DNA of 58,902 bases from Klebsormidium nitens (taxonomy: Eukaryota > Plantae > Klebsormidiophyceae). Both the position numbers and the translations under genes were made by a program. The notes beneath the pieces were generated by a model that was not told the DNA's origin, made no database searches, and was given only the letters and a program-made list of their open reading frames with translations. Positions 23,437 to 36,200 of the stretch are shown here, one piece after another. How positions within the stretch are numbered: the stretch's first letter is position 1; each line of letters starts with the position of its first letter. Location of the stretch: contig DF237495.1 of NCBI GenBank assembly GCA_000708835.1, positions 1 through 58,902 on the forward strand, written 5' to 3'.

Positions 23437-25000
23437 TTACTTAGCCTTCCTCTGCACCCGCTTCCTCGGGTTTGAAGGCTGATCGACGTTGGCCTTCAAC
23501 GGAGGCCACCGGCCCAGCTTCCGCAACTTGCGCTTCCGGTCAAGCTTTTTCCTCCGAAGGTGCGCTTTGTAAGCAGCCTTCTCCTCAGGAGTCTCTGCAG
23601 ATTCAGGGCAGGGGTCAGGAAGGAAGTGGAGCAAACTGCTTCACCTAGGTGGCCATACGTGCGCCATATAATTCATGAGTCGATTAGGATTTAGGTTTCC
23701 TAAGGAGAGTTCGATTTGGACCTCGATCCGCTTGGATGAAATTGTAGGCTTAGCAGCCAGCCTGGCTGTGTCAGCGCCCTTTCACTCTAAGACACCAGAT
23801 TACTTGAAAGAGTTTTACGGAACGTTGTTGGAACACAAAAGGTCATTCGGACCATGCACTTCCTTATTACTGGTAGAGCAATTCAAGCACAGGTGGCTTG
23901 TTCCTCGACTCCCTCCCCAAGACCCCAAGCTGAATCATCTGCAATCTTCTTCATGGCACATGATCCCTGCAGCTTGAGGTACAGTATCCAGATTTTGCTG
24001 TCAATCCACATAACCGGCACCTTCTCACGAAGAAGCACAATGCTACATCCAACTAGACGCTCGATGCGTTACAAATCATCTCCACCTATTGCCTCCATTC
24101 TTGAATGTCGTCCAACAAGGGCCCTTACAAGCTCACATGTGTGGATAATGTGGTGGGCTTGTCAAGGCCACCACATTATGCCCAACACAAATGCACCTCG
24201 CCGGGTCCATGTATGGTCGCCTTATAGCAGATGATGTGATACCACAACAATGGAGCAAACTCAATGCAACTAGATACCAAGGGGATGCCCAAACAGAACA
24301 CAATTAGCATCTCTAAAGCCGGCCAAAGTTGACAAGATTGAACCTTTTGCAAACGATCAGAAATGGCAAAAAAGATCAATGGAAGGTACAACTCCACACA
24401 CTCCTCTCTGATGCCTACGAAGTTGCAACTTGTCGACCACTTGGTAATGATGCATTCCAGTCTGGCAACAGGCGCGACCAGCATGGGCGCTAACACCCGC
24501 TTATCGTACGAATTGGGTTTGGTAATGGTCTCAACTCGTATGCAAGAAAATGCAGCTCAAAGCTGCTCTGGATGGGCCATCCTCACCATGTGGCAGCAAT
24601 CAACTGCACTTCGGCCACGGAAAGCAGGATTTTGTTGAGGAATAAAACACCAGAAAGCGAGACACTTCGCCACAATGTGCAACTATGACTTACTAGGTGG
24701 CCGGCCCTGCTTCTCCCCGTCGTCCTTGCCCGCCTTCTTTGCTGCCAACTTCGCCTTCTTTTCCGCTACAAACGCCTCCTCATCCGCAGTCTCCGACGCT
24801 GACGGCCCCTCTGCCATCACAACCCCAACCTGCTTCCTTCCATTCCGAGTCACCGGTCTTATTTCTAACCTAAACCCCCTGAAACTAGAGACGAGAGACG
24901 AGGACACACAGCTCTGTGCTGGTGCTCTGCTCGTTCTGCAGACGACGTTTGACGCAACGGCCTGAGTGAAGGCCACTCGGCAGAGGGCCGCATGAGCCAT
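23437..25000 (-). CDS. PSRP5: Plastid-specific 50S ribosomal protein 5 (cL37), 2 exons, about 154 aa
   Basis: Exons 25000-24694 and 23594-23437 (phase 1 match). Transit-peptide-like N-terminus. The basic motif LRRKKLDRKRKLRKLGRWPP matches the PSRP5 signature RRKRLVRKRxxRKKGRWPP as remembered. Confidence 0.75.
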
Positions 25001-25616
25001 TGTGAATCAACGGCCCGCCACTGGCCTCCCTTCAACACCAAGAACAAGATTGCCCCTTCAAGAAAGCCCAATGTGGAGCCGTCACATCGGCCTCAGGAGA
25101 ACCACCAAAGGAACCCTAAAATGCAGCGCCCCTGCCTTGCTGAAAGCTGTTATATTCCACCCTGCTCAAGATTGAGAAAGCATTCCTGCAGCTAGGTGTT
25201 TTGCTCACATCTGGTCGCCGCGAACAAGATTCAAATGGTACTCTAAACATACTGAGCGGAGCGACCGCGCAAAAGTCGCAGCGCACTACGGTATGTACAG
25301 CTAGCTCAGGCTGGAGAGCGCAGAGGAAAGCTCACTTAGACGATATAGCGCGAGCTCCTTGCAACTTCTGAAGGATTAAAGAAGGATCAGGCGGCTTGTC
25401 GCCAGGAATCATTGATTGGAAAGCTGGTGCACTTTGCTGTTCTTGGAAGCTCAGGTTGTCAAGCAGGGAGAGAACGCAAGCTGCTGGTTGTTGCAGCCTA
25501 TCTGTCTGCTGCAGGCGGGAAAGCCTCTGTAGCGTTAAAGTGCTTCTCTTCAACACCTGGCTAAAGATTTCCAGGGTTAAAGAGAACCACGCAAGGAGTT
25601 GCAAGGGGAGGAGAGA
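25001..25616. promoter_or_regulatory. Probable bidirectional promoter between PSRP5 and DSS1
   Basis: Divergent ATGs at 25000 (-) and 25617 (+). Function is inferred from geometry only. Confidence 0.4.
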
Positions 25617-26861
25617 ATGGCCGGAAAGGCAGAAGAGGCAGCAAAGGAGACGCAGGCCGCCCCGCCACCCGCTGCGCCTGGGCAGCCCAAGGTCGATGTC
25701 TTTGAGGACGATGATGAGTTTGAAGAGTTTGAGAATGAAGGTGAGGAGAATCTAGTAGTAGAGGGATTGCAATTGCTTTGCAGATTGTTGTTCTGTTCTC
25801 AATGGCGAGATGGATCGACGCCACCTTTTTATCCACTCAAGGGACCTATCTAGTAGGTTTGCTGGGGGTCAATTCATACCACTGGCTTGGATTGTGCTGG
25901 GAAACTGCACTTAAAAATCTGACCAGTTCTCACGAACAAGTACTGGAGTGTGTTGGTGCTTCAACAGCTGGATATGTGTGCGAGGCTTCAAAGCGATTGA
26001 ACCTGGTATGAAAATCAAGCGTTCTGCAAACAGGGAGCGGAGCTAGCGTCCAGGCAGATCGTTAGCAAGGTCTCTTCTGCTACTTCAAGTTTCTCCCTGA
26101 CCAATCATTATGACCATTAAGAGGAGCTGCATGATTTCTTCAGTGTTGGTGGGCCTGTCTCTCTCCGGAGGTATCGCATGCTGCTAACAGGGCTTGCAGC
26201 TCTTTCATAACCGACTTTAATTTGTGAATTCGACATGTCCTTCGCTCGATTGCCATCAAGGATCTGAGTTTTTCATAAGCACCAGTGTTGGAACTGTGTT
26301 TTCTCAAGAATCCAAACTATCGTTTTGAGTTGGTAGTGAGCAGTTGATCTTCCGCTAACTGCTTCATCATGTTTGTCCTGTTCTTTTCAGTACGCCGTTT
26401 GCCGCTGCTTTCTAACGTGCATTTCAAACACCAGAGAGCTCCTAAAAAGTTGGAAGAACTTCCAGTTGACTTTTGAGTTCAAAATTTTGCGGCCTATGCT
26501 CATCAATGGCCCTGCCTTTACAGCAGTGGCCCTACTGTGTCAACCTCCAAAACGTAGCTCAAAGAGTGGTTTATATTGATTGTTGGAACGATCGATATGG
26601 AGGAGATCAAGGAAAATTAGTGATCTATGGTACTGTAACATGAATACTTGGCCTTGGCCATACTTGGCCTTTTACTCCTTGTAATTGGACAACCTCAAGC
26701 CCTTTGTTCTTTTCTATCTGCTTGCAGATTGGAATGCTGAAGAGGAAGACACCACAGCCGTACATCAATGGGAAGATGACTGGGATGATGACGACGTCGG
26801 TGATGACTTCTCAAAGCACCTTCGAGCAGAGCTAGAAAAGGCTGAGGGGCAAAAACAATGA
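25617..26861 (+). CDS. DSS1: DSS1/SEM1 (26S proteasome lid / BRCA2 / TREX-2 partner), 2 exons, 85 aa
   Basis: Exons 25617-25740 and 26728-26861 give ..[13 protein letters not shown]|[34 protein letters not shown], the canonical DSS1/SEM1 acidic motifs. Confidence 0.95.
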
Positions 26862-27924
26862 ACTGGTTTGAATGCTTTTCTACTTCTTGTACAGTGCACC
26901 TTCGCTATTACGGCGAGGTTGCACCATTGAATTGGGTCGCATCTAGCTCACGCCGCAATTGTTGGTATGCTTGAGCATAGCTGTCACTTTGGGATTGCCG
27001 CCTAAATGCATGGCCATGATAACATGACGACATGGATGCTTGTATACTTATCCGATTCCTTCAAGTCACTGTCGCGCGATCTCATTCATCATGCAGGCTT
27101 TGATAGTCTTGCAAAGACAACCCATAGTTCAGGATTCTTGTTATGGAGATCTGCAGCGTCGGATCGCTCCCGGAGCTTGCTTTCCTGTAACGAGCTTTAG
27201 TCCAGCGGTTTCTTGTGTTACTTGTTGTCACGCGGAGCCGCAAAGTTGTATTGTTCTGCAAGCTGAGCATGCATAGAAATATGCATCAGGGCTGAGCCAT
27301 GCAGCGCGGCTGCATTTCAAGGCCCGAATTCCACAGATGTGTATGCCCATGCGGTCAGACATTACAATTTGATAGACTTATATGTTCCGAAGCTGCATGG
27401 CTGCAATACACTGGTCGAAAGCCTTTCACTGACTCGATTCGCATGCACTGAAAGGTCACAGTCATGGTCTCCACCGCTTATCAAGCGCCGCATACATCTG
27501 CTAAGAGCTATTATTGAAGCATATGACGTCCAGATTGACTCACAAATTTTGACGTCGACCGGCATACCACCCGCCGCGCCACTTAATTTGACCATTCACT
27601 CCGTAGAAAACTCATCTGTCATGACAAACACACAAGCTGCCTGCAGAATGATTGTGCTACGAATTTACAAGTTCCATCTACCATCAATACTACGCAACTG
27701 CGAGGAACGATTTGACGGTGGATGGCAAATTTGAAGCTGCAGTGTAATTATCGACGATGGCTCTAAAGTCAGTTGTTAGGCATTTCCAAAATAGCCAATA
27801 CAGGCCCGTTGCTAGGATGTCACCTGAGCGTTATTACACAACTCTACTCGCTGACCGTTGCTCATGATGCAGCTGCAGCGCCTCATGAGCCAATATACAA
27901 CGCGTATAGCACAGTTATCATATC

Positions 27925-30900
27925 CTACCGCGGAAGAGTTTGTTCAAAGTCACCCCTTTTGGTCTGCTTCTTCTTCTTTGCCAACTCAATCTCCGCCGCC
28001 TTGCGGTAAAACAGCGAACCGTCATACTGTCCACGGATCGCTTCCCGCGTCATAACCTCTCGCCCGTCTGGCGCAACTTCTTTGGCGAGGAGCCAAGTAA
28101 CCGCCCATTCCAACGTGGAGGCTGTTCGCCCGAAAAAGTCGTACAGGTTGCGGTTGTGGGCGACCATGCCCTGCAGCTCGTCCCACGTCAGGGCGCCCTT
28201 ACCGTCTGCAAAGATGGAAAAGGAAGCCTTCAGAGGAGCTGATAAGGGGAGAATGCATTTTTAAACAACAGCCCAGCTGTTGTGCACTGGTCGCAACATC
28301 GTGATGATTCCACTACTCCTTTCTATTGCGAGTTCTAGCGGCTGCTAAAAGGCAGCAATCCGTCGGCCACGCTCTTCCCGCTCGCTTTATTCCTCACTCT
28401 AGTCGCACCCATCCTAACCGGAACACATTTTCGTAAATGTAACCAGCGCCACCTATTCCAGCAGGAAACAGCAAAGCAGAATCACAGTAAATCTGGTGAA
28501 TGGTGCGTACGATCCAAGCCAAGATGAAACGGACTGAGAACTGTCGTGTACTTGCTCCTAGAAACCTCAGTAGCTGTAAAAGTTGATGCTGGCCAGTGAT
28601 TCCTTAAAAAAAAGCTCCCCTGATCTGGAAGACTCCATATCAAGGACCTCAAGCGAGCGTATGCTTCCTTTCGTTCTTTTTCGAAGTTTTGCAAGAGCTG
28701 TCGACCCCACGAGGGAGACAAGCGTCGATCATCAACTTGGAAAGCAGAAAGCAGATTATGCGACTCTGCAGTTCCCATCCAGATTGACGCAAGGGTTGAT
28801 TTACCAGGCGGAGCATCCATTGAAAGTTCGACGGTCGTTCAGGGCATCTTTTGTACGACGAGCAAGACTGACGACAACCTCGTATCGAAGTAAGGCAAAC
28901 ATACCATCGTGTATGTTCCTACGGCTCTACTTACTGGGATGTAGTTTCAGACATTGCTCGTTTACTGGGCACGAACCCAGGTCGTCGCCATGAAAAAGCG
29001 ATGTCCAAACCCCTAGACGAAAGGGACTTGTGCTTGTAGCTCAATAGGGATAGAGTGCTAAACTACAGGAAGGAGCTCAACTGAGCCTGCGAAAAGCGTC
29101 GAGGGCCAACAATTCGATCGCTCTCTGGATTCTGCAGTCCATCGCTTTTGTGGAACCTGAAGGAAGACAAGCAGTATACCGACGTCGGACAAGGGAAGGG
29201 AAACGAGGGATCCAAGACTTCAACACTTGCCTCTGTCAAACTTGGTGAAAATCTCTTCGAACTTCTGGGGCACGAACCGGCCCTCTGTGTCGTACACTTC
29301 GGAGTCAGATCCACTGCAAAAACCAAGACAGACTTCGATAAGCTGGTCAATTCGGTTCCGAGGAGTCCGAGAGTTGAGATATCTTTCGGTCCGACAAACT
29401 TAGATAGGCACTAGAAGCTGCATCGCCTTAGCAAAGGGTGGCTGCAAAGGGAGCATCAGACATTTGATTACAGAAAAGCACAAAGGGCGGTTTTCGATCC
29501 ATTGAACTTCACTGGTAGGACTATGCAGAACACTTGTTTCAGCCAGACGGGTGATTTGCCCCATGCCCCGATCTTGGGTGTCACAAGCCGATAAAATCAT
29601 CAAAACTTTCAAAACAGGGGTAAACCCCTTCTATGCGTTGAGTAATCATAAGTGGTGTATAACTCGGACTTGCGAAGCCACAAAGAAGATTGTTTTAACA
29701 AACTTAGGACGGTGCGATCAGATGAACTTTTTTCATTCTAGGAGCTGTCGTTCTCCCCAAGCAAACACCAAAGAACTATTCCACCTTCTGCATTATGGTC
29801 TGAAGTAGCGCCGCAACGATACTCGTGTACACTGTGACCTGGAATAATTGGTATCTGACAACAGTTAATGAGTGACTTCCAATCAAGGGAACTCGGAAGA
29901 TTGAAAGCCAGTCAGTGAAAAGCTGAGGCTGTCCACTCACTGCTTTGCGCGATGGATCCGCTGTGTGTAGATCGGGAGGCGGATGTCCAGAATCCCAGGG
30001 GCGGTGGGAAAGGCCATGGCGGAGTTGATGAACAGCCCCGCTAGCGCACAGATGAGCGGGTTGTATCCCAGCCGCCGGAAGCCATGGAATGTGTCCCACG
30101 GGTAAATCAGGCCGTCCTCGTCTGCAGTAAAAGCACAGGCTTACAATCAAACCTGAGATCATATTCCGGGGTCGTTAGGTAGGTACCCTATTCAGGATGA
30201 CCCGCGCGCTGACAATGTCCAGCTGCACAGATCTCAGGTGCCGGGATTGTCAACAAGCGCTACGTTAGCAATATGTTGAAGAATGCACAGATTGACTAAT
30301 AGATCCACATTTGAAGTACTTTGCTGGACACTGCTGCAAGATGCATCTTCCATAGTGAGGCTGGGCTTAATGAGAAGCGTGTGTCCAGAAGCTGTGATTC
30401 AACAGAAGTGACCCAGCTAGTTGACATAAGAGCACAACAAGGCAGCGGACAGTAATTCTTTTGCTTCTGTCGTTGTTTCTGATTTGAGGACAGCTCCAGA
30501 GGACAAGAATCATACTGAACAGGCCTGATCTCCAGAGATTGGTCCAATGCAAGCCCAGGATTTTTCACAAGCTGACCTAGCCGAATTCTTGCGCGTCAGT
30601 CCTCTACAAGCTGATGAGATCGAGCTAATATCATCAGGTCAAACCTTCCAGATGAAATCAAATCAACCAAATCAAGCTCCTAATCATGTGCCCACTTAAT
30701 TTATGCCCAATGAGGGCTCAAGCAAAGGATTGCAGATCAAGCATTGAAAGTGGTCTCACCTGTGTCAAAGAAGTCCACATGCTGCTGCAAAACTGTCCTC
30801 CCTTCCCCATTCAAGAACTTCTTCATTTGATCACTCTCTGCCAAACCGCTGGGATAGTCCAGCGTCGGTGTGTTGTTTGCCCTGGGCAGCCAGGGTTTAG

Positions 30901-31276
30901 GAATGACCTTATCCAGGTCCTCTGGCACCGCATACTTTTGGGTGAAAGGGGCCTCGGGGAGCGACGTTACAATACCTGACTCAGACTCCGCTTTCTTCGG
31001 AGGCGCGCTGGTGTCTTCCAGAGCAGTGGTGGCATTTGCGATCCCTTTTGATGTGCTCTTTTGGGGAGAAGTGGAAGCTTTACAGGTGACGGCCAGCTGT
31101 CTGCATGTTGAGGCGTTGTTCTTCTTTGGCAGAGAGCGATGTCGTGCTGAGCTCAGCGGTGCACAGTCTGGTCGGCTGCTGGAAACTCTTTGACTGCTCT
31201 CACCGAGGGCTGCATGAGCATTTAAGCTGGCAAGCTTTGAAGAGCCCAATGTGGGTGCTGAAAAGGCTGTAGCCAT
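27925..31276 (-). CDS. Caleosin / peroxygenase with a long N-terminal transit-peptide-like extension, 4 exons, about 353 aa
   Basis: Exons 31276-30760, 30121-29941, 29313-29231, 28205-27925 (1062 nt). Motifs: PRANN, TVLQQHVDFFD, EF-hand [69 protein letters not shown]. Confidence 0.92.
28206..29230 (-). other. GC-AG intron (caleosin intron 3)
   Basis: Donor AGAG|GCAAGT at 29230 and acceptor TTTGCAG| at 28206. Only this join gives the in-frame sequence KFDR-DGKGALTWDEL. Confidence 0.8.
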
Positions 31277-33244
31277 CTTGAGAAGACACCTGACTGATCT
31301 GCGGTACGGTTCTGGCCCCCCAGTTAGCGGCTGATGGCTCCCAGAAGAGCTGGACCGATAGGTTGCTCAACAGGCAGATAGCTAGGAGCTTGCTTGCTGC
31401 CCCTTGAACAGCTCCAATCTCGCTGCTGCAACCCTGCTGCTCCCGCAAGAAAACAGCGTCCTCCTTGATCAACAATCGAATAAAGAGGGCAGCTGTCAAG
31501 CCCTCATACTTTGCACTCCCCTTGCCTCTGCCTCTGGCGTGGTGCTCTCTCTGACTCTCTGCTGGGACTTGGAGGCGGCTCAAAGCCACGTTGCGTGCTG
31601 CCATTGCTTGCATGCAAAAGAAGAACCTTGGCGCATCCAAATGATGCAAGCTGTGCGCAAAAAGTATTGATGGTGCCACGTCAAGCTGCCATGTCATCTA
31701 CTATTTAGTCTATTTTGGACTCTTATCCACTCGCGACGGTCTTGAGATTCGGGTTTGGAACTTTTGTCCAATCAAAATGACGTTCTCGGGATTTGCTTTG
31801 GACCCCATGTGAAGAATACAGGGGTCGAAAATCTCCTTCCTATAGCTGTCACTTGGACTGGTTGTGTTCAGACCTGCTAAACAGTGCAATTTTGTGCTCA
31901 AGAGTCAAAGGTGCAGGACTGTACAACATGTTGACACGTTTTGTGTGACCAGATTCATACCAAGAAAAAAATCAACAACATTTTGACACGTCCTATTTGA
32001 ACTGAGATTCGCCTGGTAAGTCGAGGAGGCACTGTTGGCATGGCGATGATCCAGTGGTGATCGGGCATCAATTTGAATGCCTTCGCGCTCTAGCAGCTAG
32101 GGAGCTAGAATCAGACATCGCTAAGATAGTGAAAGATGCACTGAGTCGAACATCATGGCAACTTCTTTGACATACTATTTCAAAGATGGTTGCATTTGCG
32201 GAACACTCGCGTCTAAAGAAAGCCCATCGACTTTTTGAAAATATTCTTGAAGTCGCAACTGGACAGTTGCATGGATTGCTGACGAAGCGACTCAGTCATC
32301 GGCCCACGTGCCAATATTTTCGCATCCCATTGCGCTAGGCCTGACAATTTGCAGCGCGCCGCTGAGAAGCCGTTTTATACTGCATGGCCTTCGGAAATCA
32401 TAAGCCAATCAAATTTATTGGACTCAACTACCAGACGTGAAGCATGGTGGCTGTTTAAAGACTCTTTCATAATGAGAACATGATTATGAACTGCGTTTGA
32501 AGTTGCAAGATTAGCATTATCTCTACCACATTAAGCTGGATAGAAATCCATCTTTCACCACGAGTCCTTCACAGAAGGTTTGTCGCGCTGACGGTTTCAT
32601 TGCCTTTGATCTTCTACTTTTCTGCTATGCGTAGCTTTTCTTTAGAATGTTGTGATGATTCCCTTTCTGCATAAACCACTCCTACCGTGGCTACCAAGGT
32701 CTGCTGAGAGTTGCTTGAAGTTTGTCTCCTTCACTGGAGATTGTAGCTTTTCATGGAGCCTTTCCTAAACTTCCTTCGGTTTTCTGCGGCATTCTACATC
32801 ATTACCGTGATCACTCCACTTTTTCAGCACACCCAGCGTGAATTGGAGGCTCCTGAGTCCTTCTCACTGGCCCTACCTCAGTTGATTCGAGTGCTCAACT
32901 GGTTACAAAAGACCCTTTTCTTCTATACTTACGCTTCTGTCACCTCCAAGGACGACTAGTACTGGAATCACTACTTCCGTTTCCCTGGTCTTCCAAGTCG
33001 GAGATCTTATTTTCTGCTGGCATGCGTTTTCAACTTTTGCTCAAGAGCCATTTTGGCCGGTTGCTCCCGCCTTGCAAGTTCCCAAACCGATGTATACGTC
33101 CTCCTAGACTACAAACAGTCGCCTAGTTTCTGAGCCAAGTGCTTGTCAAAGGGTTGGCCGAGGCTCTCGGCTTTGCAAAGTCCTCGATGCTTCTTCCTCA
33201 TCCTGCCTCGATTGCCGACAATCCGACTCTTCATCGTCATTGTT

Positions 33245-36200
33245 TCAAGTAAAGAAGCTGTCATACTCGACCCAACTGTGCACCAATCCCCTTTCACCTC
33301 CTTTCCTCTCCTGCATCAGTTCATCCAGGAACGCATCCGAGCTCTCCCTAGCTGGATTCACGGCGACCTTCACCGCACAAACGCCCCGCTTCTGGTCGCC
33401 GCCCGGCTTACTTGATGGGAAAAGGAGCCTTCCGATCCACTCCTTGCGGACGGCCCTCGCGTAAATCTCCTCTTCGTACGTCCGCCGGCACATGAGTCGG
33501 TAGACTGCCACGTGGCGCGTCTGCCCGGGGCGGACCACGCGGCCGATGAGCTGGCGGGAAACAAATGAGGAGAACCCAAGCGTAAATCCAAGCGTAGCCA
33601 TTGAAAAAGGTAAACACAACCGATTGTCTATCCGTGTTTAGGATTCTCAAAAGAGTTGCGCTAACTTGAGTAGTCCAAACGGATGACATATTGCCCCAGA
33701 AACATTGGTCGCAAGATGCTGCCGGTCAAAGCTTTGCAAAGGTATTCGGAGGACTCAGAGGACACCTGTCCTTAAGCTTCTCTCGACTACGAAGTCGAAG
33801 GAATCGCAGCGAACTTGACTGCAGTGCGGGTTTTCTAAAGGCCTCTCTGATCAAGGCAAGAAACCAATCACGACCCCCAATCGCTTGTAGCAAATGCTCC
33901 CAGGTTAGAGATTTGAAAATCGATATGAGTTTCCAAGTAGCCCACCTGCCGCGCCCGCATCGGGTTCCACAGGGGCGCCAGGATGACGACACGTGTCGCC
34001 CCAAAGAGCTCGATCCCCTCGTCACACGTGTCCACGGTCGCCAGCAGTACGACTGCCCGGCTCTGCGGATCGTTGAATCGGTCGCGCCTGAGAGGGGAAG
34101 TGCATACTCAGAACTTGCTTGTTCGAAATGTCAGGAGTCAAGATTGGTGACGGTTATAATCAAGCACAGCTGGGACGCTCGAAGAAACGGGCACGAGGTC
34201 TACCGATTTTTGCAACGGCTGCCAGTCTGGGAGCATCAGCAGGCGTTTCAGAACCGATTGGCTGACGTCATCTGATTCCTGTGGAAAACACAGAACTGGG
34301 TTGAACAGGCCAAGTCCGCTGCACTCTCGGTTCAGAAGACAAGGACTCATGAAGCGACACAACAAGCATTAAAATCAGACAACGTTAAGATATACGTTTG
34401 GTCCTGACGTCTTAGCATCGATACGTCAACACCCGAAGTCAGGCAACAAACGCATCATCTCATAGACAATCAAACTGGAAGCAGAAACCAATTCATTATG
34501 AAAGGCAAAGAAGGGCTGACCGGGAACCCACCTCTCTCGCCGAATGCTCTGACGGACGTTCCCGTCGATATAGAGTATCTCATCCCCGTCCATGTTCGAT
34601 TCGTCCAGCTCCCAACCGAACCGCCGCGCCAGCCCCCGGGCGATTGTTCGGAGCGGCTCCACGTTCTCGCCGAACACCAGGACCCGCTCGGTAGACCTCA
34701 CCCGGGCGACCAGCCGGCTGACGAAACGCGCCTTGCAGCTGTGCGCGTCGCTGACGTCAGCGGAGAGGGCCGCCAGGGAGCTGCGGATGGGGAGGAAAGG
34801 GAGCCGATTCCGCGCCGCGACCAGAAATGCACGAAGAAAGTGGTTCGTATTTCGGAGGGAGCGTAACGAAGTATATATCATCTATTTGTCGAGGTCTCGA
34901 GTTGGGACTGTGGTTTTAGAAACGCGGCGAACGACTCGACCTGGCAGATGGAAAACGGCGGAAAGGAAAGCTGCAAATCAAAGAGCTCTCAGTTGCGGAA
35001 GCGGGACTGATGAAAAATGTTCCTTTTGCAATCCGTTCACGAAGACAAGATCAATTGAACATCAATGAAATCACAGTGGCCGAAGCTCGATTGAATGGGG
35101 TTTGCGTAAAGCCAAGCTGGCTAGGCAGAAGTACATTGCTCACGCTTTCGATCTTGAAAGCTTGACAAACTTGTCCGCGTAGCGACTGGCGAAAGCGGCT
35201 GGGTGCGCCCAAATGAACCCCAACTCGCTTGCGAAGCGCAGGTGACTTTCCGTATGCCCTCCGTCGTTCTTGCCTTGTCGCTTTTTATCAATTTTCCGGT
35301 CTTTCCGTTTCCGTTTCCGTTTCGCGCCGCTTTTGGAAAGCCCACCGGCTTCATCCTCCCCTGAGTCCGACTCGCTATCCGTCTCCTTATCCAGGAGAAC
35401 GATTTCCGCTCCGGCCTCCTCTTCCGCCCGGAACGGTCCCCACAACGGAGCCCGGTTCGCCGGAACGAACGCGTTCATGTACTCGGCGTACAGCTCCTCC
35501 TGTTGTGACGTCATGTTGAGGCTGACGACCGTCTCCGTGTGCGCGAGCGCGCGCCCGTCAGGAGCGTCCGCGGCCGCCGGCCGCCGCTGGAGTATGGGCG
35601 CCATCAAAGCCCTTAAACCCCGCAAGAGGCGCTCCGCGCGCGCGCGCACGCGGGGCGTCACCGCGGGAGCGGCCGCGAGGAGTTCGACGAGCGGCTCTTC
35701 GAACTCCCTTACGAACGCTCGCCGAGCTTCCTGTTCCGTTGCTTCCGTTGCTTCCGCCGGCGGATCCTCGTCCTGGCTGGAGAGCGTGTCGGCCGCCCAC
35801 TGGAGCATGACGTCCGGCTGCGCGAAGTGGAGCAGGTTCCACACCTCGGTGAAAGAGTTGTTGTATGGAGTACCTGAGAAGTGACGTCAGAGGCAAGGGC
35901 ACACGTCAGGTAGTTTTTTGTTAGGCCAAATTGAACGGCAACGTTGCATTTGAACGGCACGCCGCGATCTCTCTGAATTGTCCGACTGATTGATTTCATG
36001 CTTTTCAGAATCATGTACATTTGGATGCAAAGTTTGCTGTTGCTGGTCACTTGGAGTGCGTCAGAAGAACCCAGCCCGGCAAGCATGTCTAGCGTTTTCA
36101 TATTTTCGTGCCCTCACTTTTGAGGAACCAAGATGACGATTGCTGGAACTCTTTCCTGTAGTGGACACAAAATTTACGATGGCAGCGCCTTGGAGGGCGC

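Noticed and set aside
24176-24496. Minus-strand ORF in the PSRP5 intron with WPALEMLIVFCLGIPLVSS, loosely like a hAT dimerisation motif
   Set aside because: Similarity is limited to a few residues, with no other transposase motifs or TIRs.
27339-27734. 131-aa + ORF between DSS1 and caleosin
   Set aside because: No recognisable motif, no exon-like GC bias, and the length is attainable by chance.
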